64,000 nt of DNA. Origin: Candidatus Omnitrophota bacterium (GTDB taxonomy: Bacteria; Omnitrophota; Gorgyraeia; Zapsychrales; Fredricksoniimonadaceae). A program made the position numbers and the translations under genes. Under the pieces are notes generated by a model. The model worked only from the letters and a program-made list of their open reading frames with translations. It was not told where the DNA came from and ran no database searches. This document shows positions 1 to 8,900 of this stretch, piece by piece. Location: assembly GCA_028870995.1 (NCBI GenBank), contig JAGWOI010000004.1, positions 17,578 through 81,577 of the forward strand, given 5' to 3'. Every line of letters starts with the position of its first letter. Within the stretch, counting starts at the first letter, position 1.

Positions 1-113
1 TGAATGTATCCCAGCAGGTCTTTACCCAAGAAAGCAGCGCCCCCACCAGTTATCAAGACGCCAACCCTCAGCCGGAGACCCAGGTTTACTGGCAGTATAA
101 AAAGAGGTTTTAA
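1..113 (+). CDS. 3' end of a CDS truncated by the window edge; C-terminus ...QVYWQYKKRF resembles a TamB-like/beta-strand terminus
   Basis: Open frame from nt 3 to TAA at 111-113; terminal Phe with aromatic alternation. Confidence 0.45.
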   Translation, partial: NVSQQVFTQESSAPTSYQDANPQPETQVYWQYKKRF

Positions 114-124
114 ACATTTAAATG

Positions 125-153
125 TTGTACCCTTTGGTCTAATACGTTAGAAT
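125..153 (+). promoter_or_regulatory. sigma70-type promoter upstream of PPIase-CBS-DUF47-pit
   Basis: TTGTAC (125-130), 17 nt, TAGAAT (148-153). Confidence 0.55.
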
Positions 154-193
154 GCGTAAAATTATAACCTTTCATCTATAGTAAGGAGCAGTC

Positions 194-691
194 ATGAAAA
201 AATTTTTACTCGGCGTTGGGATGTTATTGACGATAGGGATGTTCAATGGTTACGTTTGCGCCGATGAGGCGGTGGTGGGGCCGGGCAAAAAAGTGACCTT
301 GGATTATACGCTCACGGTGGATAATAAGGAAGTTGAGACGTCGGTGGGTAAAGAGCCGCTGACCTATACGCCAGGCAGCCATGAGATAATTCCTGGTCTT
401 GAGCAACAGTTGAACGGCCTGCATGTCGGTGATAAAAAGACCGTCCATGTGGCGGCCAAGGATGCCTACGGTGAAGTGGACCCCAAAGCCTATAAGGAGT
501 TCCCCGTTTCTTCGCTTCCCAAGGGATTGACGCCCAAGGTGGGCATGGTGCTGCAAGCCACGGCCCCGGATGGCTCTAAGTTTCCTGCCGTCATCTCTGA
601 GGTTAAAGGCGATAAGATGGTTTTGAATTTCAATCATCCTTTGGCCGGCAAAGACCTGACGTTCGACATCAAGATTTTAAAGATTGAATAA
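194..691 (+). CDS. slyD: FKBP-type peptidyl-prolyl isomerase, SlyD-like, with N-terminal signal peptide
   Basis: VTLDYTL, IIPGLE, AYGE, FNHPLAGKDLTF motifs; SD AAGGAG; MKK+hydrophobic N-terminus. Confidence 0.9.
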   Translation: MKKFLLGVGMLLTIGMFNGYVCADEAVVGPGKKVTLDYTLTVDNKEVETSVGKEPLTYTPGSHEIIPGLEQQLNGLHVGDKKTVHVAAKDAYGEVDPKAYKEFPVSSLPKGLTPKVGMVLQATAPDGSKFPAVISEVKGDKMVLNFNHPLAGKDLTFDIKILKIE

Positions 692-715
692 TTAAACTGC
701 TATCAGAGAGTTAAT

Positions 716-1174
716 ATGCCGGTTAAAAAATCGGATATTAAGCAGTTTTTTCTGGAAACCAGGATCGCTGACGTGATGGCCTCGCCGGTCATCACGGTCA
801 AAGAGACTGATGATTTTGCCCTGGTTCAGGAGAAGATCGCTTTATACGATATCAGGCATTTGCCGGTGGTCAATGACGCCGGCACCCTGGCCGGGCTCAT
901 TTCCCAGCGTGACCTCTATCAAATTCATTCCCCGCGGCGCCTTGATGACGGCACCTGGTACTATGACAAGGAAGCGTTGAACCAATTCCTGCTCACCAAG
1001 GTCATGGTCAAGAACCCTTTTACGTTAAAGTCCGACGATACGCTTTATTCCGCCATGGACGCCATGGCGCGCTTTAAATTCGGCTGTATCCCCATTGTGG
1101 ACGACTACCGTAAACCGTGCGGCATCCTCACGCGTGATACCATCCTGAAGTTCTGTATTTCGAAGGAGGCTTAG
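716..1174 (+). CDS. CBS-pair domain protein (AcuB-like)
   Basis: Two CBS repeats: IRHLPVV..GLISQRD and FGCIPIVD..GILTRD. Confidence 0.88.
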   Translation: MPVKKSDIKQFFLETRIADVMASPVITVKETDDFALVQEKIALYDIRHLPVVNDAGTLAGLISQRDLYQIHSPRRLDDGTWYYDKEALNQFLLTKVMVKNPFTLKSDDTLYSAMDAMARFKFGCIPIVDDYRKPCGILTRDTILKFCISKEA

Positions 1175-1176
1175 AG

Positions 1177-1809
1177 ATGATCTTGGATTTTTTATTCCCC
1201 AAGGAATTCGATTTCTTTACCCTCTTTGAAGAACAGGTCAATTATGCGGTGCAGGCTGCCGGTAAATTTAAGGAGATAGCTTCAACACCGGGACTGATCG
1301 AAGAGTCCTCCTATCAGGCCATCCAGCACTTCGAACATAAGGGCGATGACGCCACCCATGCGGTCATCGACCAGCTTAACAAGTCCTTTATCACGCCTTT
1401 TGACCGGGAAGATATCCATGCCCTGACCAAGGAGCTGGACAATATCACGGACGTGATCAACACCATGGTGGGGCGTATCAAGGTCTATAAGATCCCCGGC
1501 GGGGACAAGCATCTGATGGAATTCTCCCGTGTCATCGAAGAATCGGTCCTGGCCGTGGCCAAGGCGGTCAAAGGCATGCGCGTGAGAAAGAACGGTACCA
1601 AGGCGGTCCTTGAGCATTGCGTGGAGATCAACCGCCTGGAAAACGTGGGGGACGCCATGCGCGATGCGGTCTTGTTCGAGCTTTTCGAATCCAAAAGCGC
1701 CATCGAGATCATCAAATGGAAGGAAATTTACCAGGACGCGGAAACCGTTCTGGATATATGCGAAGACGTGGCCAACGTGGTTGAATCCATTTTAGTCAAG
1801 CAGGCTTAA
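1177..1809 (+). CDS. DUF47/PhoU-like phosphate transport regulator (Pit accessory)
   Basis: EHKGD, FITPFDREDI, EINRLEN, IKWKEIY motifs; directly upstream of pit. Confidence 0.92.
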   Translation: MILDFLFPKEFDFFTLFEEQVNYAVQAAGKFKEIASTPGLIEESSYQAIQHFEHKGDDATHAVIDQLNKSFITPFDREDIHALTKELDNITDVINTMVGRIKVYKIPGGDKHLMEFSRVIEESVLAVAKAVKGMRVRKNGTKAVLEHCVEINRLENVGDAMRDAVLFELFESKSAIEIIKWKEIYQDAETVLDICEDVANVVESILVKQA

Positions 1810-1813
1810 AGTA

Positions 1814-2809
1814 ATGCACGTGTCCCTGGCGATAGTTTTCCTTATATGTCTGGCGTTGGTTTTTGATTTTTTAAACGGTTTCCATGATTCCGCCAACGCC
1901 ATTTCCACCATCGTTTCCACCAGGGTGCTTTCCCCGCGCAAGGCCATCGTCTGGGCCGCCTTTTTCGAATTCATCGCTTTTTTTTTCTTTGGGCTGCACA
2001 TAGCCAATACCATCGGCAAGGGCATTGTGGACATCCACGTGGTGGACAAGACCTTTGTTTTCGGAGCGCTCATCGGCGCCTGCGGCTGGGATCTCATCAC
2101 CTGGTATTTCGGCCTGCCCACCAGTTCTTCGCATGCCCTGATCGGGGGGATGATCGGGGCGGCCCTGGTCAAGGCCGGACCTAAAGCGTTGTTGCTGTCC
2201 GGTATCACCAAGGTGGTGGTATTTATATTTGTTGCGCCCTGCATGGGGCTGGTGCTGGGGCTTTGTTATGGGATCCTGGTGCATTATATCTGTCATCGGT
2301 TTACTCCCCAAAAGGTCGACCATATTTTCCGTAAAGGTCAGCTGCTTTCAACCGCTCTTTATTGCATGGGCCATGGCGGCAACGATTCCCAGAAAACCAT
2401 GGGCATCATCGCCAGCCTGCTTTTCAGCGCCGGGCTCTTGGGGCCTAAGTTTTATATCCCTCTCTGGGTCGTCCTGGCCTGTTACACGACGATGTCGTTC
2501 GGCATTGCCTGCGGCGGCTGGCGCATCGTCAAGACTGTGGGGCAGCGTATCGTCAAATTGCGTCCCGTGGACGGTTTTTGTGCCGAGACAGGTGCGGCCA
2601 GCCTGTTGTATTTTGCCTCCTTTTTGGGGGTCCCGGTCAGCACCACCCACACCATCACCGGCGGCATCATGGGGGTTGGCGCCCTGAAACGCTTCAGCGC
2701 GGTCAAATGGGGGGTGGCCGGCCGCATTGTCTGGGCCTGGATCTTCACCATTCCTTGTTCCGCCGTTATAGCAGCCGGCGCCTATTTGCTGGCGCGTTCC
2801 GTGCTTTAA
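1814..2809 (+). CDS. pit: PiT family inorganic phosphate transporter
   Basis: NGFHDSANAI, GLPTSSSHALIG, HGGNDSQK, PVSTTH signatures. Confidence 0.95.
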   Translation: MHVSLAIVFLICLALVFDFLNGFHDSANAISTIVSTRVLSPRKAIVWAAFFEFIAFFFFGLHIANTIGKGIVDIHVVDKTFVFGALIGACGWDLITWYFGLPTSSSHALIGGMIGAALVKAGPKALLLSGITKVVVFIFVAPCMGLVLGLCYGILVHYICHRFTPQKVDHIFRKGQLLSTALYCMGHGGNDSQKTMGIIASLLFSAGLLGPKFYIPLWVVLACYTTMSFGIACGGWRIVKTVGQRIVKLRPVDGFCAETGAASLLYFASFLGVPVSTTHTITGGIMGVGALKRFSAVKWGVAGRIVWAWIFTIPCSAVIAAGAYLLARSVL

Positions 2810-2822
2810 AATCTTCCTCAAA

Positions 2823-2866
2823 TTTTACCCGCACTTAACCTGATCTTAACTTCCGTCGAGTATACT
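2823..2866 (+). promoter_or_regulatory. Pho-box-like promoter of the giant gene
   Basis: TTTTACC (2823), CTTAACC (2834), CTTAACT (2845) at 11-bp period; -10 TATACT at 2861. Confidence 0.65.
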
Positions 2867-2926
2867 TTGGTTATCCCCAGAAAGATTTAGGAATGTAACT
2901 TATTTAACCGGTGATAGTTGCTTATT

Positions 2927-5900
2927 ATGCGTCGGCGCCTAATTATTTTATTTCTTATCCTTACCTTTTCCGTTGAAACTTTAGGCGGGGATGCGGCCCG
3001 GGCCTGGTCGCAGTCTCAAGCTGAAAATGCCGTTATGCTTCCGCCGGGGACCTTGATGTCCATTTCTCCGGTTTTTTCTTTGCCCACCTTAAGAGGCATT
3101 GCCATTGACCCCCACGATCCTTTTAAAATCAATTTTGTCGTTGATAAGGCTGACCAGAATGACCAAATTCAAGGCCAGGTCAATTTGCTGGTGAAGTATT
3201 TTTTAAGCTTTTTGACCATCCCGGAAGAAGATCTTTGGGTCAATCTTTCCCCTTATGAAAAAGGCCGCATCATCACTCCGGATTTCGAGAACACCAATGC
3301 CGGCCGTGACATGTTGGTTGAGGATTACACGCTTAAACAGCTGGCATCCTCGTTGACCTACCCAGGCTCTGATTTGGGAAAAATTTTCTGGCAGAAAATC
3401 TTTCGACGTGCCAGGCAAGAGTATGGTTCCACCGCCATCCCGCTCAATACGTTTAATAAGGTTTGGGTTGTTCCTGACCGGGCCGTGGTGTATGAAGGCA
3501 ACGGCTCGGCCTTCATTGCCGAAAGTCATTTAAAGGTTTTGGTGGAAGAGGATTATTTAAGCATGCGCAAGCATGGCCAAATTGTGCCTAAGAATGACGG
3601 GACTGAAAATTTATCGTCCCAAATAATGCGTGAGCTTATCGTTCCTGAACTGGAACGTGAGGTCAATGAAGGGAAATCTTTTGCGCCTTTACGCCAGATG
3701 TTCAATTCCTTGATTCTTGCCATTTGGTTCAAGAAAAGATTAAGGGAAAACTTGATCGATAAAGTCTATGTAGACCAGGACAAAACTTTGGGCATCGCCC
3801 TGAATGAAAAGCAGGTCAAGGAAAGGATCTATGCCCAATATCTTAAAGCCTTCAAGAAAGGTGTCTATAATTTTATCCAGGAGGATTACGATGCCGCTTC
3901 GCACCAGGACGTACCCCGCAAATATTTTTCCGGCGGTTTCTCCTTTACCAATGCCGCTTCATGCATCAGCTACAGGCCGGCTTCCCAGATAGAGGAGTTG
4001 CCGGAAAACCAACGGCGGTTTAAAGGCGATTTTTCCATGTTCTCCATCGTTTTAAATCCGCTGGGCGTCTCCAAGGCAGCTTTGCTTAAGGCCGATGCCG
4101 CCCAGACCTCGTCTTCGGGAAGGATCAACAAGCTTTTGTATTCCTTTGTTTTTGCCGTTGGCGTGGCGGCGGGCGGATGGATGATGATGCCCGTTTCCCC
4201 GACCGCACCGCCTGCTGTCCCAAGTGTGGCTGCACCGGCGGCGACCAACACAGCTTTGCCTGCGGCAGCAGTTCCTATTCAAGTGACTACTGCCGACAAG
4301 GACGGTCAGATCGAATTTCATAATTTTTCGGACGATGTCGTTCCCATACCAGTGGAGGACCAGCTACTGGCTGAGGACGGCGGGGTGATAAGCGGCCTGG
4401 ACCCGGACAAGAAGGATTATAAGGCCGGGGACGTCATGTTTTCCCTTATAGATCCCCAAGTCAAGGGCCGTATTGAGCAATTGACCAAGGAGCTGGCCAT
4501 CCGCCAAGAAAAGCTTCAGGCTTTACAAAAATTGTTTCCCCAGCAGGCTTCCGGTGAGGAGGTAACGGCCGCGGGCCAGGCGGTGGATGAGATTTCGGCT
4601 GAACTGGCCCATGCCAGGCAGGCCTTGATCACCCGTGTCGCTGTCGCCCCGCATGACCTGAGGGTCAAGAATATGCTGGTGGCTAATGACATGTCCGTGG
4701 CCAAGGGAGGCGAGCTTTTGACTTATTTCGACAAGCAAAGGATCCAGGTGAACATCCAGGTCCCGCCTTCGTTGAACTATTTTTATGCGATCAAAGGGCT
4801 TAAAATAAACGGCCGGCCGGTTGAGAGCATGGTCAGTCTTGACTGGTCCCTGGACCCTTTGCAGAAAAACGCTCAACTCAGTATGATCATGGATGTGCCT
4901 TCCTCAATAGTCACCGGTCAGCCGGCCAAGCTGGAGTTTACTTTTTCAGCACCCGACACAGATCATCAACTCCTGGAGACGGTCAGCGGGCTCGACCAGA
5001 CGTTGGCCAAAGTCAACCGGGTGGAGGCCTATGTTTTAAGGGCGCCTACCGACGGCCCTGTGCAATTCCTGGTCCATGAAGGCCAGCAGGTGGCCAAAGG
5101 CCAGATAGTTGCTGTGGTGGAGAACAAGAACTATATTGAGGAATACCAGAACACCCGCTTGGGTCTCCGCAGCCTTGACATCCAGATAGGTTTGGGCAGG
5201 GACATCGACGGTACGCTGTTGATCAAGCGCGATGAACTGGATCGTTTGAAGGAGCAGAGGGCGGTCTTTTTGGAAAAGCTCAAGACCCTCGAGCAGGAAA
5301 TCCAACTCGATTATGTGCGCGCTCCAAACAGCGGCATTGTCATCAGCAGGGCTGCTTATCAATCGAAGGTATTTAAAGGTCAGGATGAGCTTTTGAGGAT
5401 AGGTACCGGTGAGACGATCGTTGGGAACATCAACGGTCCCAGGGATTTGATTTTGTTCCCCAAGGATTTGGATATTAAGGTCGGGGATCCGGTGGTGGTT
5501 GAAACCCCGCAAGGTGTCAGGCTGCCGGGCAAGGTGACAGCGGTCAATAAAAGTCCTTTTGATGCAGCCCGGGATTTAAGCGCCAATCAGGCCGTCGAGG
5601 TCATGGCCTTTGACCGGCAGAATATCCTGCAACCCAACCTGCCCGTAAATATCATTCTTCCCCAGCAAGGACAAAGGCAGCAAGTGCTGGTGGCATGGGA
5701 CACCGTGGCCCATGAAAACACCGCGGCTGTCCCGACACCGCCGGTCGTTGTCAGTCCCCTTGGGGCGCCCACTGTCGTTCTCCCAGCCCCTGCGGCCGCA
5801 ACACTGACTTCGACACCGGACTTTACCAATGGAGTGCCCCTGTTGGATCTGGCCGGCATTGACCGCCTGGTGGCAGGCAATGAGCTGGTCAGCGGCGCGC

Positions 5901-8900
5901 AGTCCCTTGAAGTCCTTCAGAAAAAGGAAGCGGAGGCGTTCCCTTCTGCCAGCCGGTTCAGCCTGACCGGCGGGGTCTTTATGCAAAACGGCAAACTGGT
6001 GGTCAGCGGCGGCGTCCAGGGCATGCTCAAAAACAGCATCAACGGCGGGCTCTCGTCCGGCAATGCCATCGGTTCCGCTGTCCCCCTGGTCTTTGACCTG
6101 GCCGGCAATATCATTGACGCCATCAGCGGCAAGGTGGTCAAGGAGACTGCTCTGGCCAAGAAAATGACGGAGATTGCCTACCACCATATGCAGGAAACCA
6201 TTATTCAGCAGTCCGTGGCAGGCCAGGATTTGTTGATTGATATCGGGGCGGCACGGCAGAAAATAGGGGAGCTTAAAAAATTACAACAGGATATGCGGCA
6301 GGCCAGGAGTGTCATGAAGGCACGCGAAGAAGCAGGCTTCAGTTTGAAAATCCAGCAGGACCAGCTCGATTACGAAATTCAAGATATCACCAACCAGATC
6401 GAGACCCTGGAAACACAACAGGCCGAATGGAAAACCCAGCTGGACGTTTTGATCAGCCGTACCAGGACCGTCCATTTTGACATGGACATTTCTCCGGTCT
6501 TGCCGTGGGGCAAGGGCTTTACGCCCATCGATGCGGCGACCAAGGAGGCCATGGCCAAGCAGCTTCTTGGTCCCGGCAGCCCGAACCCGCGCATGCAAGA
6601 GGTGACGGCAGCGGACCAGGCGGTGGATATGAGCATCAAGCTGCAGAATTTGGGAAGGCTGCCTTTTATTAATCTAGGCGGCGTTTTTATCAATAACGGC
6701 CATGGGCTTAACCCCTTGTATGATGTTTCGGAACCAGTTACGGGCGAACGCACCGGCAATCTGCAGCAGGGGGCCAATCCGGCGGGGCAGATTGAAATTC
6801 CTCTCATTGACACCGTTCAGCATACCAAGGAAGCTATTGTGGCCCTGGAAAAGCAAAAATCGCAATTGAATATCGATACGGCCAAAGCCGAGTTGGGCCG
6901 CCAGCTTGAGCAGGCCGTGGATGATATCAACCGATTAAGCGCCCAAATCCAACAAACCCAGGAGGCCTATCGGAATGCGGTGGCTGTCTGGGAGGCGAAG
7001 ATCCGGCGTCCTGATTTTTACCTGCCGTATCAGCTGGTGTCTGACCGTCTTGAAATTAATAAACTATGGCAGGAGTTGTGTAACCAAAAAGCGCAATATT
7101 TGAAGGCTGAAACTTCATTAAGGGAGTTGCGCGTCTGGGGCCAGGAAACTTCAAAGGTGCAAGCCGGCCCGATGGATGGACTTCCGGCAGCGGTTTCCGC
7201 CGCCGTGGCGGGAGATTTCAGTGTTGAGGCGCCTTCCTTAATAATACCGTCCTTGCCGTCGCTCAATTTAATGGCCTTCAGTCAGGGAGAGGATACGCTG
7301 GCCCCGGGCATCATCAATTATCACATAGGAGAGGATGTTTCGAGTGCCTGGGCGCTGATGCACGGCAATCCCTCGGGCGCTGATACGCCCCTGGATGCCT
7401 TGAAAAATATTTTGATCAAAGAGCCTAACACTTTTGTGCGTGCCGATGCTTTGAAGCATTTCCTGGCTGAGTATCAAGGGGACAGCCGGTTTTTGCCGGC
7501 GCTTAAAGACATAGTCGAGCGTTCAGCCCATCCGGACGTGGTCTGGGAATTGTTGAAATACATGAGCCAGCGCGAGGACCGCGATCCGCGTTTTCTCGTT
7601 GAGGTCATCGATGAAGGCGAGAACAGCCGCGATCATCTGCTTGTCCGCCTGGGCTTTCAGGCGCTCCGGGATGTTTTGACCATGTACCCGCAGGAGATGA
7701 AAAAATTGAGTCCTGCCGATTTTATAACTTCCGCTCATTCGCCGTATCCTCGGGCGACCATCACCGCGGCCAACAAGGTTTTTCTCACCTTCCTGGCCCA
7801 GGAGCCGGACGATTCCATCGCTGCCGAGCGCCTGGTGCAGAGCGATTTTTGGAGCACGGATGATTTAAAGGACATTTACAAAAAGTTGGAGACGGCCAAG
7901 GACGATCATCCCGGCAGTGCACCTCAAATCGAGGCCCTGGCCCAATTCATCCAGGCCGCTGATAAACGGAAGGCCGCGCTCGACAATATTGACCAGGTCT
8001 TTACCCCCGGGCCCTTTGGCGAGCACGGCGGTGCTGTCTTTCAACGGGACATTATTTCCTATATCCAGATCATGGACAATGCCAGGGAGAGCCAGCGCTT
8101 TCTGAACACCTCGCCGCAATGGGAGAAGATGGCAGCCTTCATCCATCCCAAGCTTTATGCCTGCACCTTAAGCGAAGTCCAACGCCCCGGCCCTGCCGCC
8201 GCTGCTGTCCCTGTGGACCCTGTTTATGATCTGATGCCTTCAACCGCACAGCACCCCGAGCTGGAATATTTTCAAAGTCTGGGGCTTAAGGAACAGGAAG
8301 GATATATTGAACAGTCCCAGGACATTTGCGAATTGAACAGGATCTTGGATCTGAATACGCCCCTGCGCACTGTTGTTTTGGACCGGTTAATGGCATCCAG
8401 CCAGGGGCGGGTGCTGGTGTTAAAAACCTACCTTGGGTCGGATGCCCCTGATCTTTTGGGCCTCATCGAATCACGTTCCTGGGACACGGTTCTGCTGGCC
8501 GACATCCCCAACATTGAGGATGCGGCTTCCAATAGAATCGTGCGTTCGGGGCTGGAGAAAATGTATGACCGTACCGGCCAGGAGAAGTATTTAAATCTAA
8601 GGCTGCTGACGTACTCCGATTTTGAATTGCCTGCCCTCGATGATCCGAGAGGCAAGCGTATCCGAGAGGCTGCCATCCGGCGTGCCGCCGCGATCCGGGC
8701 CCTTCAGGCGTATCAAAAGCATATGGAGGTGGAAGTCCTGCCTTGGGCCGGCTATTCCATCCAGGATGCCAGAACTAAGACCGAGATAGCCAACCTGCAG
8801 CGCATCTTTGTCGAAGAGCCCGACCCCGTCAAGGTGGATGAATATATCGACAGCCACACTGTCCTCTCCCGGCAAGTGCCGCGTAGGATTTTTGATCAGA

